Part shown: one piece after another, positions 37,020 to 48,997 of the stretch
Position numbering within the stretch: position 1 is the stretch's first letter
How the letters are laid out: the number at the start of each line of letters is the position of its first letter
NCBI GenBank assembly: GCA_964653415.1
Contig: CAZZFJ010000001.1
Location: 15,380-79,379 of the forward strand
Source: an uncultured Erysipelothrix sp.
Lineage (GTDB): Bacteria; Bacillota_I; Bacilli_A; Erysipelotrichales; Erysipelotrichaceae
Reading direction: 5' to 3'
Length of the DNA: 64,000 nucleotides
Translations under genes and position numbers: made by a program
Notes under the pieces: generated by a model
Told to the model about the DNA's origin: nothing
What the model saw: the letters and a program-made list of their open reading frames with translations, nothing else
Databases searched by the model: none

Positions 37020-38153
37020 CTAAGATTTAATATCTAATATATATTTCCCTGCTGTATATCCAGTGCTTAAAGCCGAAGTAATATTGTATCCGCCGGTAAA
37101 TGAGCTAACATCTAAGAGTTCACCAACAATTGAGACATCTGGATTTATCTTTGAACGCATAGTTTTAGGATCAATCTCTTTTAACATCACTCCCCCATTG
37201 GTAACAAAGGCAAATTTAAAACCACGAGTATCATAAATAGTCATTTTAAAATGTCTTAGATTTTGATATAAATCGCCTTTTAAAGTAGCAACATAATCAA
37301 TCAATCGCTTCTGGTAGTTAAAATGTGTCTCATCTAACTCCGATGAATCGGGGAAAAAATCAATAACAATCTCTACCGGACCTGTTTCAACCATCTTTTG
37401 AATCTCAAAACTAGAGCGCAATGCACAAGGGCCTGAGAGTCCAAAATGAGTGATTAGTAAATCATGAGTAATATGACTCACAACTTTTTTACCCTTAAGA
37501 ACTTTGATACTCACATCCTTAAAGGATAATCCTTGCAATACTTTTTCTTGTATAAAACGATCGTTTGAAACCAGTGGTACCTCAGCGGGAATTAATGGCG
37601 TGATATGATGTCCCAGAGATTGAGATAGCAGGTAGCCATTGCCATCTGAACCCGTATTAGGAACAGTTTTAGCTCCAGTAGCAAGGATAATCTTATCATA
37701 TGGAACATTACCCTCACTAGTATGAAGTATTTTCCGATTGACATCAATTGCTTCAACTTTATGAGACAGTTTAATTCGAACACCTTTTTGCACTAAAACA
37801 TTATGCAATGTATTAACAATATCACCTGACTTATCACTAATGGGAAACATACGATGATGATCTTCTTCTTTCAGCTCACAACCATGATTTTGAAAAAAGG
37901 TGATAATATCTTTAGGTGCAAAGTTAGACAAGGAAGAATAAAGAAAACGACCATTTTTAGGTGTGTTTTGAATTACTATGCTCTCATCAACATTCGCACT
38001 AACATTACAACGTCCGCCCCCTGTTAATCTCATTTTTTTCCCTAATATCTTATTACGCTCTATCAGCACAACTTCAGCATGAGGGTGATGCGTTTTCGCA
38101 GAAATAGCGGCCATCATACCTGAAGGACCTGCTCCTACCACAACAATTTTCAT
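37020..38153 (-). CDS. HI0933/BaiN-family NAD(P)/FAD-dependent oxidoreductase
   Basis: GAGPSGMMAA, LGKKMRLTGGGRCNV, GSDGNGY, LITHFGLSGP, VTNGGV and TGGYNITSALSTG. Confidence 0.9.
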   Translation of the reverse strand: MKIVVVGAGPSGMMAAISAKTHHPHAEVVLIERNKILGKKMRLTGGGRCNVSANVDESIVIQNTPKNGRFLYSSLSNFAPKDIITFFQNHGCELKEEDHHRMFPISDKSGDIVNTLHNVLVQKGVRIKLSHKVEAIDVNRKILHTSEGNVPYDKIILATGAKTVPNTGSDGNGYLLSQSLGHHITPLIPAEVPLVSNDRFIQEKVLQGLSFKDVSIKVLKGKKVVSHITHDLLITHFGLSGPCALRSSFEIQKMVETGPVEIVIDFFPDSSELDETHFNYQKRLIDYVATLKGDLYQNLRHFKMTIYDTRGFKFAFVTNGGVMLKEIDPKTMRSKINPDVSIVGELLDVSSFTGGYNITSALSTGYTAGKYILDIKS

Positions 38154-38224
38154 ATAGTATCACTCCAATTCTCTATTTATTCTAACATATTACAGCGCAA
38201 TAGCTTATAATTAAATTAGAAAGG

Positions 38225-39133
38225 ATGCAGATTATGATTTATACTTCAAATATTGATCAACATCAAACTCATATGACTAAGAAAATTCATCCAAAGGCTA
38301 AAGCAAATATTCTAATTATTCATGGAATGGCAGAACATCGCTTTCGCTATAAGAATTTTATTGATATACTTTTTCAAAACCAGTACAGCGTTTTCGCAAT
38401 TGACTTAAGAGGCCATGGAGAAAGTCTTATTGAAAACAAAAAAGGCTTTTTCGCAAAAACAGATGGTTATTTAAAAAATATCGAGGACATTAAAGGAATT
38501 ATTGATTTGATTCACGAGAAATATCCCAATAAGTTAATTCTCTTGGGACATAGTATGGGCTCGCTTTTCGCAAGGGCTGTTTTAAGAAACTACCCTCACG
38601 CTTGTGATGCATTAATCTTATCTGGCAGTCCCTATCCTCCAAAAGGTAGTTTTATACTTCGTAAATTCCTTTATTTACCCGCAAAGTTCTTTCCAAAAAG
38701 TGAATCGCGTATCATCTATCGTTTCATGAACTATGGATTCAATAAGCATATCTCAGACCCCCAATCAAACTGCGACTGGCTCAGCTTTGATCAAAATAAT
38801 GTCCAAAAATACATCCAGGACCCTTTGTGTAATTTCCCTTTTACACTCAGTGCCTACTATGATTTATTCAGTCTTATGAAACTTGTTTACCAAGACAACT
38901 GGCTCAAAGTAGATAGCCTCATGCCCATTCACTTTATTATTGGTGCTTTTGATCCTTGTGCCGATTTTAAAAATGATGGTTTCAATCAAGCAATCACCAA
39001 ACTTAGGGAAACTGGTTACCATAATATCACTTCGAAAATATATCCAAATTCAAGACATGAGCTGCTAAATGACCAAGAAAAAGCTGAAGTAACTTCTGAT
39101 CTTATCGCATATATAAAAAGTCTGGAGCTCTAA
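38225..39133 (+). CDS. Alpha/beta hydrolase (lysophospholipase/Hydrolase_4 family)
   Basis: IIHGMAEH, DLRGHGES, nucleophile GHSMG and SRHELLND. Confidence 0.9.
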   Translation: MQIMIYTSNIDQHQTHMTKKIHPKAKANILIIHGMAEHRFRYKNFIDILFQNQYSVFAIDLRGHGESLIENKKGFFAKTDGYLKNIEDIKGIIDLIHEKYPNKLILLGHSMGSLFARAVLRNYPHACDALILSGSPYPPKGSFILRKFLYLPAKFFPKSESRIIYRFMNYGFNKHISDPQSNCDWLSFDQNNVQKYIQDPLCNFPFTLSAYYDLFSLMKLVYQDNWLKVDSLMPIHFIIGAFDPCADFKNDGFNQAITKLRETGYHNITSKIYPNSRHELLNDQEKAEVTSDLIAYIKSLEL

Positions 39134-39146
39134 TTTCCAGACTTTT
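39116..39146. terminator. Bidirectional terminator shared by the hydrolase and rloB
   Basis: AAAAGTCTGGA-GCTCTAATT-TCCAGACTTTT, an 11-bp stem spanning the hydrolase stop and abutting the rloB stop. Confidence 0.8.
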
Positions 39147-39729
39147 ACTTTATAAAATAATCTTTGATTAATTGACCTATACGAGAAAAGGCTGCCTGTT
39201 CATAATTCTCAAAAGTATGAATGGACTTATCTTTGGCGCGGGTCACTTCAGCCATGCCAATACCATGTTTTTCCCAATTAAAACTGCTCCCTTTACGATA
39301 CTCAGGAAGATAATGCTTCAACTCCTTTTCCATGGCTTGAGCAGATATTCCTCTATTGGGATGCGCATGGGCATTTTTGTGATGTAATAAAAAATGATAC
39401 TCAATACATGGTTGAACCAGATATGTATTTTTATGTCTAAGTTGACCATTTACTAAGAACTTTTGATACTCCCAAAGGGAGTTCTCCAAATCATACATCA
39501 ATACAAGTTCTTCACTAGCAATCGACTCTTCTTTTGAAAAACGAAGAATCGATTCATTAATATCCGCACCCAGTGTCGACTTTCTGCGAATTCTAAGTTT
39601 GATATTGGTGTTATAGATGTACTTTAAGTATTTTAGATAATTCTCCTCTGTTTCACCTTCAACTAAAAGTACGAGTACATTTTCTTTTTTTGTAGCCCTT
39701 TTATCTTTATATTGAGTTTTATGACGCAT
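39145..39729 (-). CDS. rloB: RloB-like (TOPRIM-fold, AbiLii-like) protein
   Basis: Basic N-terminus, LLVEGETEENYL, MYDLE and QPCIEYHFLLH (RloB consensus EGxTExxYF, FDxD, SNPCFExWxLLH), plus YRK. Coupled to the upstream AAA gene by a TAATG overlap. Confidence 0.75.
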   Translation of the reverse strand: MRHKTQYKDKRATKKENVLVLLVEGETEENYLKYLKYIYNTNIKLRIRRKSTLGADINESILRFSKEESIASEELVLMYDLENSLWEYQKFLVNGQLRHKNTYLVQPCIEYHFLLHHKNAHAHPNRGISAQAMEKELKHYLPEYRKGSSFNWEKHGIGMAEVTRAKDKSIHTFENYEQAAFSRIGQLIKDYFIK

Positions 39730-41048
39730 TATTTATCACCATTTAAAATATTTTGAAGCTGCGATAAAAGCGAGTATTCTGAGGAAGTATCCGGATTGGT
39801 TCCATAGGCGTCTAGCTGATATCTTTGAGATAAAGTATGTTGGGGATTCAACTGATATTCCGATAAATACTCAATTTGAGGAAGCTTGTCATCATCCAAC
39901 TTAAATAAGATTTTATTTTCATTAGAGATAAAATCATAATCTAAGAGTTTAGCGCGGTGAGTCGAAATAATAAATTGGATGGTTGGAATGAGTTTAACCA
40001 CATTCTTAAAAAACACCATAATTAAATTCACAAGGTCATCATGTAAGCCCAATTCTATCTCATCAAAGATCATGACCGAATTATCTTTAATCCCCTCTAT
40101 CATTGGAAGAAGAATGTGGATAAGTTGCTTAGATCCTGAGGAAATATCTTTATAGGCATAACTGGCACCGCTACGGTGGATAAAACTAAAGTCTTGATAG
40201 TCTCTTTTTTGTCTTAATACATCTTTGTTAAGAAGCTGTGGAATCAAGGACATATTTTCGTGAATCAAACTTTCAGATTCCAACTTTTTTTCATCCCTTG
40301 AAAGATCTGAGAATTGAATCATGCGTAAACGATCTAGAATTCCTTTTTCTTCCTGAGTTAAACGATTGAGTTTCACTTCTTTTATATCTAAGTCTGCTAC
40401 TGCTAAAAAGGTGTTAAGAAGTTTCATACTTCTTTTATTTTCAGAAAACTCAATCATATTATCAATTAAGTCTTCCTTTTGGTGTGGATTAACACAGTCA
40501 ATAATTTGAATATTTTTTAAAAGTTCCATTAAAGTATGTATTTCCAAATAATCATGATTCATCGCTTGAAAATATTGTACTAATAAAATGGAGTCCTTTA
40601 GTTTATGTAAAACATCCTTATCAGGATCAATACGCATTTCAAAATCAGGTTGGCTCCGAATAAAAACACAGTCTTCTATTCCCTGTTTTTCAGTAAATAA
40701 CCATTCATCGATGATACAGTTTTTGTGAATATTGATTTCAAATCCATAGCGAAGATCATACTCGGAGTTTTCTAAGACAATTTCAAATAGAGATGCTTGA
40801 TTGTTTAAAATAGGGTAAGTGGGTTCTAAGGCTAAGTTACCACTAACAATATAATCAATAACCTCGCGTAAAATCTTAAAGAAGTTGGATTTACCAATAT
40901 TATTTTTCCCAAATACCAAAGAAAAATTAGCAATACTATCTTGAGTAAAGCGATGTTGGTAACTTTGATCGTTACCACTATTTACAAAATCTAAACTGAT
41001 CTTATTTTTAAAGTTATATAAATTTGAAACGGTTATTTGCTTAATCAT
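39729..41048 (-). CDS. ABC/AAA_21-type ATPase (RloA/AbiLi-like)
   Basis: MIKQITVSNLYNFK, Walker A GKNNIGKSN, YDLRYGFEI...IIDEWL, signature ISSGSKQ, Walker B MIFDEIELGLH, QFIISTH and C-terminal YQLDAYGTNP. Start at ATG 41048 after GAGGTG. Confidence 0.8.
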   Translation of the reverse strand: MIKQITVSNLYNFKNKISLDFVNSGNDQSYQHRFTQDSIANFSLVFGKNNIGKSNFFKILREVIDYIVSGNLALEPTYPILNNQASLFEIVLENSEYDLRYGFEINIHKNCIIDEWLFTEKQGIEDCVFIRSQPDFEMRIDPDKDVLHKLKDSILLVQYFQAMNHDYLEIHTLMELLKNIQIIDCVNPHQKEDLIDNMIEFSENKRSMKLLNTFLAVADLDIKEVKLNRLTQEEKGILDRLRMIQFSDLSRDEKKLESESLIHENMSLIPQLLNKDVLRQKRDYQDFSFIHRSGASYAYKDISSGSKQLIHILLPMIEGIKDNSVMIFDEIELGLHDDLVNLIMVFFKNVVKLIPTIQFIISTHRAKLLDYDFISNENKILFKLDDDKLPQIEYLSEYQLNPQHTLSQRYQLDAYGTNPDTSSEYSLLSQLQNILNGDK

Positions 41049-41081
41049 ATCATACACCTCTTATCTCAATTATATCACAGC

Positions 41082-41103
41082 AAAAGAAAAGAGCCGAAGC
41101 TCT
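41082..41103 (-). terminator. Terminator after degV, followed by an extended -10 (TGaTATAAT) for the ATPase-rloB pair
   Basis: GAGC-TTCG-GCTC hairpin plus TTTTCTTTT; TGTGATATAAT directly downstream. Confidence 0.7.
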
Positions 41104-41126
41104 ATAATAAAAATAATGACTGTAAA

Positions 41127-41975
41127 CTAAATTCTTGAAACGCCTACCCCAAAACCTTCACGACCCGAATGAACAGACAGTGCTGGAGAAATTTTTTCAA
41201 TTAAGATTTCCTCAGCTTTATCAAATTTTTCCTTGGCGTACTCCAGGATTTTCCCAAAGTCTTCTTTTGAATCTGCATGCAGTAAAACGACACGATAGCG
41301 ATCCAAATCTTTGACAAACTCATGTGCCTTATCAATCGTACGATAAATGACTCGAGGATATCCTCTAGTTTTACCTGCAGTATAATATACCCCTTCATCA
41401 TTCACCGAGATAATTGGTTTTATATTTAAAACACTCGCAACAGATCCAGCTATAGTTCCAATACGTCCCCCTTTAATTAGATTTTCAAGGGATTGGAGTG
41501 TAAAGTAGACATTGGCAGAGAATTTATTGGCCTCAATATAATCTAAAATTTCCTGAAATGAGAGTCCTTCTCTAACCAATTCTTCAGCCTTTAATGCAAC
41601 ATAACCTGCACCAAGGGAAATGCGAAGTGTGTCCACTACTGCAATTTGAAGACCTTCAAAGTCATCGGCTACATGCTTAATGACATTATAAGTGCCCGAC
41701 ATGGCCGATGTTATAGTGATGACTATTGCATGGGTATATCCTTCATTTTTGACACGATTGAAAACATCTTCAATATCCTTCCCATTGGGTAGTGAACTGG
41801 ATACTGTAGATTTTTCCATCGCTTGGAAAACTTCTTCTCCCGTAATATCTCTTCCTGCGATGTATGATTTACCATCAATATTTATTTGAAGTGGGATTTG
41901 AAATATTGTATGTCCTTTTCCAAGATTCTCAGTAATGTCCGTTGCTGAGTCTGCAATAATTGCAATTTTTTCCAT
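41127..41975 (-). CDS. DegV family fatty-acid-binding protein
   Basis: IIADSATD, SSSLP, ITSAMSGTY, LENLIKGGRI, LNIKPII and VHSG. Confidence 0.92.
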   Translation of the reverse strand: MEKIAIIADSATDITENLGKGHTIFQIPLQINIDGKSYIAGRDITGEEVFQAMEKSTVSSSLPNGKDIEDVFNRVKNEGYTHAIVITITSAMSGTYNVIKHVADDFEGLQIAVVDTLRISLGAGYVALKAEELVREGLSFQEILDYIEANKFSANVYFTLQSLENLIKGGRIGTIAGSVASVLNIKPIISVNDEGVYYTAGKTRGYPRVIYRTIDKAHEFVKDLDRYRVVLLHADSKEDFGKILEYAKEKFDKAEEILIEKISPALSVHSGREGFGVGVSRI

Positions 41976-42505
41976 TATTTTTTCTCCTTTAATACTAGAT
42001 TTTTGAATGAGTAATCTGCCAACAACTTTCCAGCAAAAGCTAAGGTAGCTGCTTTAAGGGGAATTACCATGCTCCCAGATTCACTGGCTTGAAACTTATT
42101 GGGCTTGTCATAGACTTCTGAAACCGTAAAGCGCATACTTTCCTCAACATAACCAATAAACATATTGTAGCCATTTTCAATACCATAGATTTCAAGCATC
42201 TGATCAACACCTTTGGTGATGTGATTGATATTCATAATTTGCTTTAATATTGTTATCGCAATAATATAAACAAGATGGTCTTTATTATAACGCTTTTTTT
42301 CTGGTGCAGGCATGGCTTTATGTTTTACATAGTTATTAATCATGGCTTGGGTTAAAATGTTTTCTTCAAATGCAAAAAGCACTGATAATTTATCATTTGT
42401 AAATTCTAAGATTTGATCCAAGTACAATGGAATTTCTGGAAGATCTTGATATCTGGGTAATTCCAAATTTTGCGCTCTATCTAACCATGTATCATATTTA
42501 CTCAT
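41975..42505 (-). CDS. DUF1836 domain protein
   Basis: LPRYQDLPEIPLYLDQI and LTQAMINNYVK..MPAPEKKRY..DHL. Typical degV neighbour. Confidence 0.85.
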   Translation of the reverse strand: MSKYDTWLDRAQNLELPRYQDLPEIPLYLDQILEFTNDKLSVLFAFEENILTQAMINNYVKHKAMPAPEKKRYNKDHLVYIIAITILKQIMNINHITKGVDQMLEIYGIENGYNMFIGYVEESMRFTVSEVYDKPNKFQASESGSMVIPLKAATLAFAGKLLADYSFKNLVLKEKK

Positions 42506-42624
42506 TTAATCACCTAGTTTCTGTTACTAGATTACCACATATCATACATTACATCAATCCGTTGCAATTAAAACAACATAAAATCACATAAGCTCAGCCC
42601 TATTTTTTTAAGAAAAAAACTCCT

Positions 42625-43164
42625 TTATGGAGTCTTAGATTTAAAATCACAGCTGTTAACATGGTCATCTACCATGCCAATAGCATGCATGTAGGAATAG
42701 ATAATTGTAGGACCAACAAACTTAAAGCCTATTTTTTTCATATCCTTTGATATTTGTGTAGAAAGTGAGTTGAAAGAAGGAACCTGGGATTCAACTTTTA
42801 TATCATGAATAATCGCAACCCCTTGGGTGTAAGACCAAATCCATTGAGACAAATCAATTTCCTTTTCAACAATTATTTTCGCATTATGAATAATAGCATC
42901 AATTTTGAGCTTATTACGAACAATTTTAGGATTGTCATAAAGAAGTTTAGGATCCATCTTTGCGACTTTATCCACCTCGAAATTGAAGAATACCTCGCGG
43001 TAGTTTTCGCGTTTCTCCAAGATGGTGCGCCAACTTAAACCCGCTTGCATCATTTCTAACACCAACATCTCAAAAAGATAGCGCTTGTCAAAAGATATCT
43101 TGCCCCACTCTTGATCATGATATGCTATTTCTAAGGCTGTTTTAGGCCATGCACAGCGTTTCAT
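42625..43164 (-). CDS. tag: DNA-3-methyladenine glycosylase I
   Basis: RCAW, YHDQEWG, LFEMLVLEMMQAGLSW, RNKLKI, GFKFVGPT and GMVDDHVNSC. Confidence 0.93.
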   Translation of the reverse strand: MKRCAWPKTALEIAYHDQEWGKISFDKRYLFEMLVLEMMQAGLSWRTILEKRENYREVFFNFEVDKVAKMDPKLLYDNPKIVRNKLKIDAIIHNAKIIVEKEIDLSQWIWSYTQGVAIIHDIKVESQVPSFNSLSTQISKDMKKIGFKFVGPTIIYSYMHAIGMVDDHVNSCDFKSKTP

Positions 43165-44165
43165 TAGAGTAAATCAATCTTGCCTTTTACAGCATTCAAT
43201 GTTTCATCATCCCATAGAGATACTTGAACTTCGCCAATATGGGCTTTACCTAATAAGAGCATGCAGAGTCGACTTTGTCCAATCCCACCGCCAATGGTTA
43301 ATGGGAGAACATCACCCACAACCTGTTGGTGAAACTCATATTGTAAACGATCCTCTTTATCTGCAATCTTAAGTTGATTTAACATGGACTCAGCGTTAAC
43401 ACGAATCCCCATACTCGATAACTCCAGAGCGATTCCTAAGGGTTCATGCCAAAAAACTAGATCTCCATTGAGTTCCCAATCATCATAATCAGGTGCTCTA
43501 TGTCCGTGAGCTAAGCCACTTTCTAGCGGATGTCCAATTTTCAAAATAAAGCTTGTATGGTGTTTTTTAACATACTCATGCTCACGTTCATCAGGTGTTA
43601 AGTCAGGATACATATTTTCAAGTTCTTGAGTTGTGATAAAGGATACTTCAGGGTCAATTTTAATATTCACATTCTTATATTTAGTTTGAAGACGCATGGA
43701 AGTTTCACAAATAGCTAAAACAATTTGCTGGACTGTATCCTTTAAGTACTCTTCATTACGCATTGATGGATCAATGACCCGCTCCCAGTCCCATTGGTCT
43801 ACGTAAATTGAGTGTGTATTATCCAAGATTTCATCACGGCGAATTGCATTCATATCAGTGTAAAGACCATTTCCCACACGAAAATCATACTGATACAAGG
43901 CCATGCGTTTCCATTTAGCGAGGGAGTGAACAACCTCTCCATCTTGATTTAAAGAAGGTACATCAAAACTTACGGCTCTTTCGCTTCCACTCAAATCATC
44001 ATTCAATCCACTTTTAGCTGCAACAAACAAAGGGGCAGACACACGCTTAAGTTTTAAACTCCCTGTTAAAGCCTCTTCAAACCAGCGCTTAATAAAGCCA
44101 ATAGCAGTTTGGGTATCATAGATTCCAAGACTGGATTTATAGTCTTTTGGAATGATTGTTTTCAT
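43164..44165 (-). CDS. asnA: Aspartate-ammonia ligase
   Basis: GLNDDLSGSERAVSF, VHSLAKWKR, HSIYVDQWDWE, RAPDYDDW and TIGGGIGQSR. Start moved to ATG 44165. Confidence 0.95.
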   Translation of the reverse strand: MKTIIPKDYKSSLGIYDTQTAIGFIKRWFEEALTGSLKLKRVSAPLFVAAKSGLNDDLSGSERAVSFDVPSLNQDGEVVHSLAKWKRMALYQYDFRVGNGLYTDMNAIRRDEILDNTHSIYVDQWDWERVIDPSMRNEEYLKDTVQQIVLAICETSMRLQTKYKNVNIKIDPEVSFITTQELENMYPDLTPDEREHEYVKKHHTSFILKIGHPLESGLAHGHRAPDYDDWELNGDLVFWHEPLGIALELSSMGIRVNAESMLNQLKIADKEDRLQYEFHQQVVGDVLPLTIGGGIGQSRLCMLLLGKAHIGEVQVSLWDDETLNAVKGKIDLL

Positions 44166-44260
44166 AATCGACTCTCCTCTTTTAATATGCTTTATCATAT
44201 CATGAAATGAAAATATTTCAAAGTCTGCAAATACTTTCATAAAGTAATCTCTAGTAAAAT

Positions 44261-44291
44261 AAAAAAGACTTCATAGTCATACTATAAAGCC
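44261..44291 (-). terminator. Terminator closing the atp-ktr transcription unit
   Basis: GGCTTTATAGT-ATG-ACTATGAAGTC stem followed by TTTTT. Confidence 0.75.
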
Positions 44292-44292
44292 A

Positions 44293-44463
44293 TTATTTTT
44301 GATTCTTATTGATGCTCCATAACACTAAAGCAAATACTATGGTAATAATAATCAAATTACTAATCAGACTATCCATATCTTTTGTCTCACTGTACATAAG
44401 AAGCTTGGTTATGATGGCCAATCCATATAATAAAAATGAAGGTGTTTTAACAAAATTCTTCAT
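44293..44463 (-). CDS. Unannotated 56-aa protein with two predicted TM segments
   Basis: MKNFVKTPSFLLYGLAIITKLLMYSETKDMDSLISNLIIITIVFALVLWSINKNQK. ATG lies 2 nt after the ktrA stop and the ORF ends just before the terminator. Below the ORF-track size cutoff. Confidence 0.65.
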   Translation of the reverse strand: MKNFVKTPSFLLYGLAIITKLLMYSETKDMDSLISNLIIITIVFALVLWSINKNQK

Positions 44464-44465
44464 AT

Positions 44466-45122
44466 TTAAATTTCTAAGGATTCATTCATCGCTTTATTTT
44501 CAGATAAGACTAAGATTGTATCCCCTTTTTCAAATACATAGGCGGGACTTACTTGTAAATTATATTGTGAATCATTGACCGATTTAATAGCTAAAATGTT
44601 ATAGCCATAATTTTTTCGGATGTCCAGTTTATATATGGCTTTACCAATCCACTCACGTAAGACGTTCAACTCTAAAATGTGATAATTTTCATCCAATGCT
44701 AGATGATCAATCACTGTGGCATTGCTAATTTCATGTGCTAAGCGAATTCCCATTTCTGACTCAGGAAGGATAACTCGAGTGGCACCTACTTTCAACAACA
44801 CTTCTTTATAGTCCTTGTTTTTGGTTTTTACAATAACTTCTTTGATACCTAGCTTTTTAAGATTCATAATACCAATGATAGTATTTTCCAGACGCTCACC
44901 TGCAGCAATCACAGCAATATCAGCATCTTTAACACCCACCTCAATTAGTTGATCAATCTTGGTGAAATCTGCTTGAACTGGCATCTCAACATCTAACATA
45001 ACCTCTTCAACATGATCCATCTTTGAATCTACTGCAATGACATCCACACCATCACGCGCCAATGTCTTGGCCAATGCGCTTCCAAATAAACCTAAACCTA
45101 ATACTGCAACTGTTTTACTCAT
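44466..45122 (-). CDS. ktrA: Ktr/Trk K+ uptake regulatory subunit (RCK_N + RCK_C)
   Basis: VLGLGLFGS, LLKVGATRVILPESEMG and a C-terminal TrkA-C domain. Start at ATG 45122 after AGGTGA. Confidence 0.9.
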   Translation of the reverse strand: MSKTVAVLGLGLFGSALAKTLARDGVDVIAVDSKMDHVEEVMLDVEMPVQADFTKIDQLIEVGVKDADIAVIAAGERLENTIIGIMNLKKLGIKEVIVKTKNKDYKEVLLKVGATRVILPESEMGIRLAHEISNATVIDHLALDENYHILELNVLREWIGKAIYKLDIRKNYGYNILAIKSVNDSQYNLQVSPAYVFEKGDTILVLSENKAMNESLEI

Positions 45123-45131
45123 ATTTATCAC

Positions 45132-46465
45132 CTAACCGATTAAGACACTATCTTCTGGATAATGTACTTTTGATTCTTTATCTACTGATCCTAAAGATAG
45201 GATTACTGTAAGTGTACCAACACGTCCCATAAACATCAAGATAATTAATAGAAATTTACCAAACCAATTTAAGTATGGTGTCAAACCCATCGACAAACCC
45301 ACGGTACCAAAACAGGAGAAGACCTCCATCAGCACAGCTTCAAAACCAAAGCCTTCAGGTATTGTTTGGGTCATAAACATTAATAATAAAATGGTCGTAA
45401 TAGTTAATAAGGCCACTACTAAAAGTAAGAAGGCTTTTTGAATTCTTTCTTTACCAATTGCCCGAAAACCAAATCGAGGTTCTTCACGTCTAAACTGCGA
45501 CACAAATGAAAAGAAAAGAACTGATAAAGTAGTTAACTTTATACCACCAGCTGTTGATCCAGAAGATCCTCCCATAAACATTAAAACTATGGTAACAAAG
45601 ATTCCTGCCATTGACAGTTGTTGGTAGTTAATATTTGAGTATCCCGCAGTTCTGGGTGTAACTGCAAGAAATAAGGTATTTACCACTTGGTCAAAGGGAT
45701 TTAGATGAGCAAAAGTGCCGTGTCTAAACTCTGTAATTCCCAAAATTAAAAAACTTACTAGAAGTACAATCCCAGTGGCACTGAGTGCAATTTTAGTATG
45801 AAATAGTAACTTCTTATTCTTTCTAAAGGTTGAGAGATCACGCCAAACTATAAATCCCAGTCCTCCAATAATAATCAAACTCATGATTACAAAGAGAATG
45901 TATGGATTCTCTTGAAAGCCGGCCATAGAATTACCAAACAAGTCAAATCCAGCATTACAAAAGGCTGATATAGAGTGAAATATTGAAAAATAAGTTCCCT
46001 TAATCAAACCCATTTGAGGAATCCATGAGATTCCCAGTAGTATGGCGCCAATAATTTGAATCGAAATTGAAAAGCGCAATACATAACTAACAATCGAACC
46101 TGCTTGAGATGTATCTTCTATATTGAGCGACTCTTGAATAATCTTTTTTTCTCTAAGGCTAATTTTTTTTCCAAGTAATAGGAAAAACAAAACAAGAACG
46201 GTCATAAAACCCAAGCCACCAATTTCAATTAAGCTTAAAATCACTGTCTTACCAAAATAGTTCCAGTGACTTGCGGTTTCTAAGGTAATTTGGCCCGTTA
46301 CAAATAAAGCAGATGCTGCTGTGAAAAAGGCATCCCAAAAAGGGGTAAATTCACCACTTTGGGATGCAATTGGTAACATGAGCATACTACCCCCAAGGAT
46401 CAGTATGGATAAAAATCCGAATACTATAAATTGAGGGATACTTAATTTCTTAATTAAGGTTTGCA

Positions 46466-46466
<1 letters not shown>
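45132..46466 (-). CDS. ktrB: Ktr/Trk K+ uptake membrane subunit
   Basis: Four pore loops: TAASALFVTG, SAFCNAGF, TPRTAGY and FGTVGLSMG. Also MFMGGSSGSTAGGIK and MFMGRVG. Confidence 0.9.

Positions 46467-48986
<2,520 letters not shown>

Positions 48987-48997
<11 letters not shown>

Noticed and set aside
44309-44578. 89-aa plus-strand ORF in the asnA-ktrA gap
   Set aside because: It overlaps the ktrA 3' end in antisense. The minus-strand 56-aa ORF fits the operon direction, coupling and terminator better.
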